Below, in pieces: positions 1 through 8,102 of a stretch of 64,000 nucleotides of DNA (positions are counted from its first letter, which is position 1; each line of letters begins with the position of its first letter). The notes below the pieces were generated by a model. That model saw only the letters and a list, made by a program, of their open reading frames with translations, did not search any database and was not told the origin of the DNA. The translations under genes and the position numbers were made by a program. The stretch comes from Acidimicrobiia bacterium (GTDB taxonomy: Bacteria > Actinomycetota > Acidimicrobiia > Spongiisociales > ZC4RG35). Location of the stretch: NCBI GenBank assembly GCA_965203555.1, contig CBDBCY010000004.1:1696001-1760000 (forward strand), in the 5' to 3' direction.

Positions 1-692
1 GCCGACACCTCGACGTCGGCCGGATCGGGCGCTTCGATGATCACCGTGGCGGAGTCGTCCGACAACACCGGGGCGTCCGTCACCTCGATCTCGGCCTGGG
101 CTATTCGCTCCTTCGGAAGCGGAATCTCATCGGCGCCCGTATCCCGGATGGCGGCGAACATGCGACCGTAATGACTCCACGCCGCCTCGTCGTTGTCGAA
201 CACCACCAGGGTCTCGGGCTGGATACCGGAAAAGGCTCGCTCCGACAGGTTGGCCGAGCCCACGATGACCCGCGTCCCGTTCCCGCCCGACAACAGATAC
301 AGCTTGGCGTGGGCCACGTACTGGCGAAGGACCCAGAACCTGGCCTGCCCCTTGGCGATCTTCCCCAGGATGCGCCGGTGTCGTTCGTCCCGCAGGCCCA
401 TGATGGCCGCCCGGGTCTGTCCGGTCACCACCTTTTGGAAGGCGAGCACATCCAAGAAGTTGCCGAGCACGCCCTCGCTTCCGAACACGCACTCGAAGCT
501 TTCGAAAGAAAAGTCGTCGAGCATCCTGACCACGGCCGAGCTGCTGGCCGAATACGTGAGGACCCGTAGACTGTCGTATCCTTCGAATAGCGACCAGTCG
601 AACTTCTCCTCGTCCACGAACCGCGCACGCACCACCCGCAGCCCGGCGCCATCATCCAGTCCGAGAGTCTGGGTTAAGGCGGGAAATGACAC
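1..692 (-). CDS. PLD-superfamily (HKD-type) nuclease-like protein, 3' end runs off the window
   Basis: Hand translation (absent from the ORF track because there is no stop in the window). GTG at 692 follows AGAGGTGA and the frame is open to position 1. Contains HAKLYLL...RVIVGSANLSERAF...QPE, the HxK...GSxN...E signature. Confidence 0.75.
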   Translation of the reverse strand, partial: MSFPALTQTLGLDDGAGLRVVRARFVDEEKFDWSLFEGYDSLRVLTYSASSSAVVRMLDDFSFESFECVFGSEGVLGNFLDVLAFQKVVTGQTRAAIMGLRDERHRRILGKIAKGQARFWVLRQYVAHAKLYLLSGGNGTRVIVGSANLSERAFSGIQPETLVVFDNDEAAWSHYGRMFAAIRDTGADEIPLPKERIAQAEIEVTDAPVLSDDSATVIIEAPDPADVEVS

Positions 693-1026
693 TCGGTAAT
701 CACCTCTTGGTCGTCCTGCAAGCCGCCGCGTGACGTTCACAGTGTCGTTTGATCTTCATCCGCAGCATTCGACGTCCTTGCGCTCGGCTACCCGGCGGGT
801 ACCCAAGGATAGATTCGTGGCGGCATCGGGGACTGCCGGGTGATGCGCCTGCCGGTTCGGATATGCCGGATATTCTGCCCGGGGAGCGTGACGGTGCGAT
901 CCGATATCCGATCAGATACCTCTGGCCTGCCCTTGAGTCCGCCGATGTCTCTATACTGTTGAAACGACAGGAGGAAAGCGACCCGGCAGGGGCCGCGAAG
1001 GTATCGCTACAAGGGAAGGAACCGAA

Positions 1027-1386
1027 ATGGGCGTTACGTACGCTTCAGCAATTATTCGGAATGCCGCTGAGCCGGACAGATTCTGGGAGGGCGAGTTCCT
1101 GGTGGACTCCGGCGCAACGGACTCACTGGTGCCCAGACAACATCTGGAAGCTATCGGCTTGAAGCCCAGGGGCCGCCGGATGTATGAGATGGCCGACGGC
1201 AGCGAGATTGCAATGGACGTGACGACTGCCGAGGTGGAGATCATGGGAGAGATCGTCGGTACCAGGATCGTGTTCGGAGAAGCCGACATCGAGCCCCTGC
1301 TCGGGGTGACGGTTCTCCAATCGGCCGGGATCGCCATTGATCCCCGTAGCGAGTCCCTTTATAAACGACCGTCCGTGCGACTCTAG
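1027..1386 (+). CDS. Clan AA (retropepsin-like) aspartic protease, AF_0612-like
   Basis: 119 aa; FLVDSGATDSLVP and PLLGVTVL motifs; AAGGA upstream. Confidence 0.8.
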   Translation: MGVTYASAIIRNAAEPDRFWEGEFLVDSGATDSLVPRQHLEAIGLKPRGRRMYEMADGSEIAMDVTTAEVEIMGEIVGTRIVFGEADIEPLLGVTVLQSAGIAIDPRSESLYKRPSVRL

Positions 1387-2417
1387 ATGATTAGTTCCAA
1401 GGGGTGTTTGGGTTAATACCTTGTTTTGAGGGTGGGGGTGTCCAGAATCCGGGGGTGTAAAACTCTCCCGATCCCGGAGGACCTGGTATGAACCCGAACC
1501 TGGACACCCTCGCTACCGCATTGTACGTGACCATAGACGATCTGTTGATCCGAAACACCCATTGGGTTCCCCACCGGCCCGTGGTGGGAATAACTCCGAA
1601 ACTGTCCGATGCCGAGTTGATCACCTTGGCGGTTGTCCAGGCGATGTTGGGATACACAGCAGAGGCCCGTTTCCTCCGCTACGCCCGCGCCCATCTGAAA
1701 CCCTGGTTCCCGTACCTACCCACCCGACCGGCCTACAACAAGCGTCTGCGCCGCAGCACCCGGACGATGCAACACATCATAGACTATCTCAGTCGGATGT
1801 CCCCATCGTTCCATGATGACCTGTGGCTGATGGACTCCACCCCCATCGAATGCGGACGAAGCCGCCAAACCGTCCAACGCTCGGAACTGGCAGGCTGGGC
1901 CGAATACGGCTACAGCGCCTCCCACTCACGATACTTTTGGGGTCTGCGCCTCCACCTCATCGCTACCCCGTCCGGTCTGCCTATCACCTGGGCCCTCACT
2001 CCCGCCAAAACAGACGAACGCGACATCGCCCTGGACATGCTGGCCCGAAGCGGCCTAGCCCGCCCAGGTCAGACCATCATCGCCGACAAAGGATACCGAC
2101 GCAAAAGCTTCGAGCAGACCCTCAACCAGGCCGGTATCACCCTCATCCGACCAGCCACCAAAACAGAACAGCCCCGACCCGCACAACGGTACCTCCGCCC
2201 CTTCCGCCAAATCATCGAATCGGTCAACAACACCCTCAAAACCCAACTCGATCTCGAACGCCACGGCGGACGCACCAAACCAGGAGTCATAGCACGCATC
2301 CTGCAACGCCTCCTCGCCCTCACCGCAGCAATCTGGCACAACCAAACCACCAACCGACCAGGACCAGCCCGCTCCCTCATCGCATACGACCACTAACCCC
2401 TTGGAACTAACCATCTA
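1384..2417 (+). mobile_element. IS982-family insertion sequence
   Basis: Terminal inverted repeats TAGATGATTAGTTCCAAGGGGT (1384-1405) and ACCCCTTGGAACTAACCATCTA (2396-2417), 21/22 match, enclose one transposase. CTAG at both ends. Confidence 0.85.
1488..2396 (+). CDS. IS982-family DDE transposase
   Basis: PKLSDAELITLAV, MDSTPIEC, GLRLHL, IADKGY, RQIIESVN motifs; GGAGG upstream. Confidence 0.9.
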   Translation: MNPNLDTLATALYVTIDDLLIRNTHWVPHRPVVGITPKLSDAELITLAVVQAMLGYTAEARFLRYARAHLKPWFPYLPTRPAYNKRLRRSTRTMQHIIDYLSRMSPSFHDDLWLMDSTPIECGRSRQTVQRSELAGWAEYGYSASHSRYFWGLRLHLIATPSGLPITWALTPAKTDERDIALDMLARSGLARPGQTIIADKGYRRKSFEQTLNQAGITLIRPATKTEQPRPAQRYLRPFRQIIESVNNTLKTQLDLERHGGRTKPGVIARILQRLLALTAAIWHNQTTNRPGPARSLIAYDH

Positions 2418-3527
2418 GTGGTGCGTCGCGGTTTTGGTTTGGTGGAGGGCTGCGCGTCCTCGTTGGAATTTGGTGATGATTTCTTGTGCGGTTTTGTGCC
2501 AGATGAAGGGTTTGGGGTTTTGGTTCCAGTGGTCGGTCCAGGTGTTGATCGCTTCGATGAGCTGTCCGACGCTTCGGAAGCTGTCCCGGCGTAGCCGTTT
2601 TTGGGTGAGTTCCCGGAACCATCTTTCGACCAGGTTCAGCCACGACGCCGAAGTGGGCGTGTAATGGGTGTGCCAGCGGTCCCGACGGCGGGGATGCTCC
2701 AGCCAGCGGGTGACGTTGGCATGCTTGTGAGCGGCGTAGTTGTCGATCACCAGATGCACGTCCAGATCGGATGGGACATGACGTTCGATCAGTCTCAAAA
2801 AGCCCAAAAACTCCTGGTGACGATGTCTGGGTCGACAATCGGCGATGATCTTCCCCGTGGCGGTGTCCAACGCCGCGAACAAAGTGGTGGTGCCGTTGCG
2901 TTTGTAGTCATGGGTCATGGTCCCCGCCCGCCCGGGTTTCAGCGGCAGGGACCTCTGGGAGCGTTCCAGCGCCTGGATCTGGGACTTTTCGTCCACGCAC
3001 AACACCACCGCCCGTTCGGGCGGATTCATGTACAAACCCACCACGTCCACCAACTTCTCCTCAAAACGAGGATCATTGGACAACTTGAACGTCTCGATCT
3101 TCCACGGTTGCAGTCCCCGCGCTTTCCAGATACGAGCCACGGTGTCCTTTCCCACCCCAAAACGGGCCGCCATCGTCCTGGTCGACCAATGCGTCGACCC
3201 GTCCGCCGGGCGGGTACCCAACGTGTCCGAAACGATCTGTTCCACCACCTCCTGGCTGATCACCGGGGGACGGCCCCGACCCGGACGGATCACCCCCACC
3301 CCGTCAACACCGTCCTCGGAGAAACGTTTCCGCCAAGCCCGGACCGTGTTCGACGACACCCCCACCCTCCGGGCGGTCTCCTCGTTGGCCACACCATCAG
3401 CAGCCAACAACAGGCCCCTGGCCTGGCGAACCCGCCGAAACGGCAACGATTCCGACCTCGCTATCTGTTCCAACGCAGCACGCTGCTCAACCGACATCTC
3501 CAACGGGGGCGCAATAAAAACAGGCAT
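2415..3527 (-). CDS. IS630-family transposase
   Basis: N-terminal HTH; CVDEKSQIQA, HDYKRNGTT, VIDNYAAH, SWLNLVERWF motifs. Confidence 0.93.
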   Translation of the reverse strand: MPVFIAPPLEMSVEQRAALEQIARSESLPFRRVRQARGLLLAADGVANEETARRVGVSSNTVRAWRKRFSEDGVDGVGVIRPGRGRPPVISQEVVEQIVSDTLGTRPADGSTHWSTRTMAARFGVGKDTVARIWKARGLQPWKIETFKLSNDPRFEEKLVDVVGLYMNPPERAVVLCVDEKSQIQALERSQRSLPLKPGRAGTMTHDYKRNGTTTLFAALDTATGKIIADCRPRHRHQEFLGFLRLIERHVPSDLDVHLVIDNYAAHKHANVTRWLEHPRRRDRWHTHYTPTSASWLNLVERWFRELTQKRLRRDSFRSVGQLIEAINTWTDHWNQNPKPFIWHKTAQEIITKFQRGRAALHQTKTATHH

Positions 3528-3571
3528 ACCACAACATTAACCCACTCAACTACAAAACCGACGCACCACTA
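2416..3571 (-). mobile_element. IS630-family insertion sequence
   Basis: Inverted ends CTAGTGGTGCGTCG (2415-2428) and CGACGCACCACTAG (3559-3572); TA within CTAG at both ends, as typical for IS630. Confidence 0.85.
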
Positions 3572-3586
3572 GGGCGGCCTGAGCCG

Positions 3587-4144
3587 TCAGGTGGAGGGGT
3601 GGCGGGGTTCGGAGAGAATCCGGCGGACCATGGGCTCGAAGAACTCAAGCGGCTCGGTGGGATAGTCGGGATCGAACGAGACCTGGTCGTAGTCGGCACA
3701 GAACTGCACCGTGCGTTCGTACAGGGGATGGTCCCGGTACCGGTCCCGCGCGTCGGGGTCTCGCCCGTAGTGGTGGGCGTAGTACTTCTCCTGGAAGATC
3801 CCGTGGTACTTGACGATCCAGTAGTTCTCCTCCGACACGTAGGGACGCAACAGCGCAGCGGCCACCTCCGAATGGTTGGCGGGACCCAGGACATCGCCGA
3901 TGTCGTGGAGGAGTGTCACCACCACCATCTCCTCGTCCTCGCCGGCCCGGTGGGCGCGGGTGGCGGCTTGCAGGGAGTGACCGAGGCGGGTGATCTTGTA
4001 TCCGGTGTGCTCGTCCATGGAACGGAGCCACGCGAGCACCCGGTCCGGGAACTCGTCCAATTCTTCCTGCTCGTACCCGGTCAGGAGTGCGTAGTCCTCG
4101 GCCGTACCGTCCGACATTTTGGTGAAAGAAACCGTTACGTCCAT
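3587..4144 (-). CDS. HD-domain protein (PhnZ/TmpB-like diiron HD family)
   Basis: HSLQAATRA, LLHDIGD, NHSEVAA, HGIFQ, YDQ: the H..HD..H..H..D ligand set. Confidence 0.8.
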   Translation of the reverse strand: MDVTVSFTKMSDGTAEDYALLTGYEQEELDEFPDRVLAWLRSMDEHTGYKITRLGHSLQAATRAHRAGEDEEMVVVTLLHDIGDVLGPANHSEVAAALLRPYVSEENYWIVKYHGIFQEKYYAHHYGRDPDARDRYRDHPLYERTVQFCADYDQVSFDPDYPTEPLEFFEPMVRRILSEPRHPST

Positions 4145-4199
4145 CAGACCACCCCTTTACGAAGAGCCACATTGGAGGCTGTGGACCACGCCTGCTTCC

Positions 4200-5087
4200 C
4201 TACCGCATTTTATTGCCGGAATCCCCGGCCCGCACCCCGTCCGGGCTGTTATCCCACGACGATCTCACCTTCGGACGGCCGTGAAGGGTCAAACCTCCCA
4301 ACACCACGACCGCGATACCGACGGTTTGCATCCAGGTCAGGCTCTCTCCCAGCACCAGCCACGCCACCGCGGAGGACACCACCGGCTGGGCGGTGAGGAC
4401 TGTCCCCACCGTGCCCGGACCGGCGCGGGCCACCGAGGCAATCTCCAGCAGAATTCCGGCGGCGCTGGCCGCGGCGGCAATGCCCAGCACCAACCACTTC
4501 GAAAACGGCAGGTCGATGGGTCCTATCCCGGAGATCGGCAGTATCAGCACCGCGGCGGAGGCCCTGAACCACACCCCGATGGTTATCGGCGAAAGGCCCC
4601 CGAGGCGGTCCACCAAAAGCAGATAACCCCCCATGAACACTGCCGAGCCGATTCCGGCGGCAATGCCGATCGGATCGGCCCTCTCCCAGGTCCAGGTCTC
4701 GGTCGCCAGGGAGACACCCAGGAAAACGATGCCCGCCGCGGCCCACGCCCTGAACGGCACGGGGACACTCTGTTTCACCTGCGTCCAGATGAGAACCGTG
4801 GGGACCATGATGAAGGCGAACGTGGCCGAAGGACCCGGGCCGAGACGGGAGAGACTCACGTAATACAGCACCGTGGCGGCGACGACGCACACCCCCAGAA
4901 GTAAAAGTGTTCCCATACGGCCTCGCGGGTGCAGAGCCTTCCTCCACCATCCGATGACCATGAAGATTGCAAAGCCCGCCAGGTTCATCCGGAAGGTCAT
5001 CTCCAAAGTGGTGTGGTGGGAGAACAGGTCGAACACGCACACGGATACCACGGCGAACAGGACAGTGGAGATGGCCGCCATAGTCAT
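4200..5087 (-). CDS. EamA/DMT-family transporter
   Basis: About 295 aa, about 10 hydrophobic segments, C-terminal QPVVSSAVAWLVLGESLT. Confidence 0.8.
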   Translation of the reverse strand: MTMAAISTVLFAVVSVCVFDLFSHHTTLEMTFRMNLAGFAIFMVIGWWRKALHPRGRMGTLLLLGVCVVAATVLYYVSLSRLGPGPSATFAFIMVPTVLIWTQVKQSVPVPFRAWAAAGIVFLGVSLATETWTWERADPIGIAAGIGSAVFMGGYLLLVDRLGGLSPITIGVWFRASAAVLILPISGIGPIDLPFSKWLVLGIAAAASAAGILLEIASVARAGPGTVGTVLTAQPVVSSAVAWLVLGESLTWMQTVGIAVVVLGGLTLHGRPKVRSSWDNSPDGVRAGDSGNKMR

Positions 5088-5248
5088 CCCTCTCCCCGCG
5101 TGGGGACGGACGTAAGACTCGGTCGGTCGGACGGGCCCTGCCGCCTGGGCCGCCGCGTTGCTGGGCTTTCTGATGGGTCGGCTCCTTGCCGCGTAGAGGA
5201 CTACTCCTGTTCGCCCGCCGGACGCTCACGCATACAAGACCCTATCGC

Positions 5249-7036
5249 TCAGGTGTTCAGTTCGGCGGTGCGCAGCGGTAAACCCTCGGCGCCGTTGAGC
5301 ATGGCGGTGAGCGGCGCCACCTCCTCTTCCCAGCCGGGACTGGCCAGGATTCCCAGGCGGTCGGCGGTCGGGGTTAGGAAGAAACCCTGCTCCTCGTCGG
5401 CTTCGAAACGGTCGCGATCCACGAACAGCCGCGGCTTGACCACCGCCGGATCGCCTTCCTCCGGGCAGAAGGTCAGGCAGTTTCCACACTCGTTGCACAG
5501 CTCGGCCAGGATGAAGTACTGCCACCGGTCGGTCATCTCGTCCTTGAGTTCCGGGACGGTGGCCAGCCGGATCACCGCATCGTTGGGGCAGACGGTGACG
5601 CAGAAGTTGCAGGCCACGCATCCCCACATCTGCAGCTCCTTGTCCAGCGCCCGGGGCAGTTTTTCGTTGCCCGACAGGTGGTAGAAGCCGGTGTCGTCAC
5701 CCTCGGTCATGGCCATGACGTGCGCCTCCACCGGACCTCGGTGCCCGGTGGCCTGGGCCTCCCGCCACTTGTGATGATGCCAGGACCCCAGATCGGTGGC
5801 CCCGACCTTTCGCATTTCCATCGCCAGGCGGTTGAGCATCGGCGCCAAGCGACCGTAACCGCCCGGTTTGAGCAGATCCGAGCAGATGGTGACCGGCGCC
5901 ACTCCCATCCCCAGCGTGTCGGTGAGGTTGTCCCTGCTGACGCCGGCCGAGAAGCTCACCTGGACGTCGCCGCCGTGGCCCGCCAGGTTGAAAACCCCCG
6001 GTAGGGCGCAGATCAACTCGTCCAGCAAGGTCGAGGTGATGACGTGCAGCGGCGGTCCTGACAGGTACATGGGATCGTCGGGCATCCACCCCTTGTCGTT
6101 GCCCACCACCAGGGTGTTGCTCAGCTTGATCCCGAACTTCCTCCCGTGCCGGCGGGCGAATTCCCGCAGTCCCTCGATCAACTCCAAGCCCTGATCGAAC
6201 TGCAGGTCGTCCACGAAAGCCTGCGGCAACAGGGGAACGTGGTCGTAGCCGAGCGTCTCGTGGAGGATCTCCTGGACCCGGGCGATGCCCAGCAGAGTGG
6301 GATTGAGTTTCACGATCACATCGCACTCGTGACGGGTCATCAGGTGCTTGGTGATGGCGTCGATCTCGTGCGGGGGGCACCCGTGGAAGGTGGAGAGCGT
6401 CACCGTGTCGGCGATCCGGGACGGGAAGTCGAGGTCCCGAAGATGGGCGAACGGCTCGGGTATCTGAGGACGGAAGGAGTCGATCCGGTCCTTGGCGTTC
6501 TTCATCTCCACGATGAAACTGGAGACCTTTTCGGTGGAAATCCCCGCCAGGTCGTAGCCCACCGACATGTCGAAAACGTAAGACCCCGGATCGGGACCCA
6601 TAATCTCGGACACCGGCGCCCAGTTGCTCAGGATCCGGATCATCATCCAAGCCTTCACGTATTCGATCAGGGACTCCTCCACCCGCAGTTCCTGGCTCCA
6701 TTCGATGTTGTACCCGATGGTCTGCATATCGATGCAGGGCCGGCCGATCTCCAGGCGATCGAGGACCTGTACCGTCTTCAATTCGAACAGCCGCGATCCT
6801 CCCAGCCAGGAGAGCACGATGTTCTGGGCCATCTGGCTGTGCGGGCCCGCCGCCGGGCCGATGGGAGTGGCGCAGGGGCGTCCGAGGAAGGAAAAGCTCA
6901 GGTCCAGATCGGTTGGCCTTTTCCAGATCCTGGCCCTTAGAAGATCGAATATCCGCTGCCGGGACTCCCATTCGGAAGCCACCCTCCCCAGCAACAGATC
7001 CAACGGATAGGGAGTCAATGGATCGGCGCCGGACAT
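5249..7036 (-). CDS. ygfK: YgfK-like oxidoreductase, short form (flavin barrel-type N domain plus 2x[4Fe-4S])
   Basis: PIGPAAGPHSQMAQNIV, ELKTVQVLD, RPCID, YNIEWSQEL, TLSTFHGCPP, KLNPTLLG, KLSNT, CSDLLKPGGY; C-terminal CVACNFCVTVCPN and CNECGNCLTFCP. No GxGxxG Rossmann motif seen. Confidence 0.75.
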   Translation of the reverse strand: MSGADPLTPYPLDLLLGRVASEWESRQRIFDLLRARIWKRPTDLDLSFSFLGRPCATPIGPAAGPHSQMAQNIVLSWLGGSRLFELKTVQVLDRLEIGRPCIDMQTIGYNIEWSQELRVEESLIEYVKAWMMIRILSNWAPVSEIMGPDPGSYVFDMSVGYDLAGISTEKVSSFIVEMKNAKDRIDSFRPQIPEPFAHLRDLDFPSRIADTVTLSTFHGCPPHEIDAITKHLMTRHECDVIVKLNPTLLGIARVQEILHETLGYDHVPLLPQAFVDDLQFDQGLELIEGLREFARRHGRKFGIKLSNTLVVGNDKGWMPDDPMYLSGPPLHVITSTLLDELICALPGVFNLAGHGGDVQVSFSAGVSRDNLTDTLGMGVAPVTICSDLLKPGGYGRLAPMLNRLAMEMRKVGATDLGSWHHHKWREAQATGHRGPVEAHVMAMTEGDDTGFYHLSGNEKLPRALDKELQMWGCVACNFCVTVCPNDAVIRLATVPELKDEMTDRWQYFILAELCNECGNCLTFCPEEGDPAVVKPRLFVDRDRFEADEEQGFFLTPTADRLGILASPGWEEEVAPLTAMLNGAEGLPLRTAELNT

Positions 7037-7061
7037 GTCTACAACTTCCTTCCTTTACATC

Positions 7062-7107
7062 TCACAGGCGGGCATGGAGACGGGTCACAGGCGGGCATGG
7101 AGACGGG
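7062..7107. repeat. Perfect 23-bp tandem direct repeat
   Basis: TCACAGGCGGGCATGGAGACGGG at 7062-7084 and 7085-7107; duplicates the 3' end of the ssnA-like gene including its stop. Confidence 0.95.
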
Positions 7108-8101
7108 CCGCCTGTTCGGCGGCCTTCGCCCGCACCTCATCGGGGTCGACCCGCAGGGCCCGACCATCTTCCAACACCACCTCGCCGTCAACCTCCACGC
7201 GCAGAGGCCGGACACCCGGGGTGAACGCCAAGTGCCAGGGACCCATGGGATCGTATGACCAGACCACCCGATCCTCCCTCGCTTCGGGGAACAGTTCCCA
7301 GCCGGCCTCCAGCCATGACCACGCCGTCTCCGGCGAGGCCGTGACATCGTCCTCCCGCATCCGCAGGTAGGCGGCCCGGAAAGCCCCGATCATGTCCCCC
7401 CCGATCCCGTCCGTTCCCAGCGCCACAGGGTTGGGGAACCTGGCGGGGCGAGCATAACCCACCCCGTTGTTCATATTGGATTCGGGATTGTGCAGAATGG
7501 TCCCCTCCAACTCCCGGTCGAGATGGACACCGTGCGCCAGCAACCAGTCTGCCTGCGATCTGGGCTGCAGACGGCGCCCCGCCTCGGGGTCCTCCACTCC
7601 CTCCGCCACGTGGATGTGCACTCCCATCCCCAGATCCTCGGCCAGCCCGCACAACTCGTCCAGGGTTTGGTCGGACAGGGTGAAACAGGCATGGGCGCCC
7701 ACCCATCCCCTCCCTCCCTCCGACAGGAACCGGCGGTTCTCCTCCAGGCCCCGGCGGGCCCCGTCGGGCCCGTGGCGGTCGGTGACCTCGTAGGCGCAGG
7801 CCACCCTCACCCCCACCTCGGCGCAGGCGTCGGCGATCAGGGTGAGAGACCCCTCGATCGCAGAAGGGGAGGCGTGGTGGTCCACGATGGCGGTGGTACC
7901 CCGCTCCAATGCCTCCAGGGCGCCCAGCTTGGCCGACCAGTAGACCATCTCGTCATCCAGGGCGACATCCAGCCGCCACCAGACCTGTTCCAGTATCTCT
8001 CCAAAGCTGCGTGGGGTCCGGGGCGGAGCGGGCATGCCCCGTGCGAGGGCGGAGTAGAGATGATGATGAGCGCAGACCAGCCCGGGGGTTTCCCGGCCCA
8101 T
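7085..8101 (-). CDS. ssnA: SsnA-like amidohydrolase
   Basis: PGLVCAHHHLYSALARG, WWRLDVALD, GTTAIVDHHASP, GAHACFTL, HIHVAE, HNPESNMNNGVG, LGTDG. ATG at 8101 lies just after the upstream stop. Confidence 0.8.
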   Translation of the reverse strand: MGRETPGLVCAHHHLYSALARGMPAPPRTPRSFGEILEQVWWRLDVALDDEMVYWSAKLGALEALERGTTAIVDHHASPSAIEGSLTLIADACAEVGVRVACAYEVTDRHGPDGARRGLEENRRFLSEGGRGWVGAHACFTLSDQTLDELCGLAEDLGMGVHIHVAEGVEDPEAGRRLQPRSQADWLLAHGVHLDRELEGTILHNPESNMNNGVGYARPARFPNPVALGTDGIGGDMIGAFRAAYLRMREDDVTASPETAWSWLEAGWELFPEAREDRVVWSYDPMGPWHLAFTPGVRPLRVEVDGEVVLEDGRALRVDPDEVRAKAAEQAARLHARL

Positions 8102-8102
8102 G

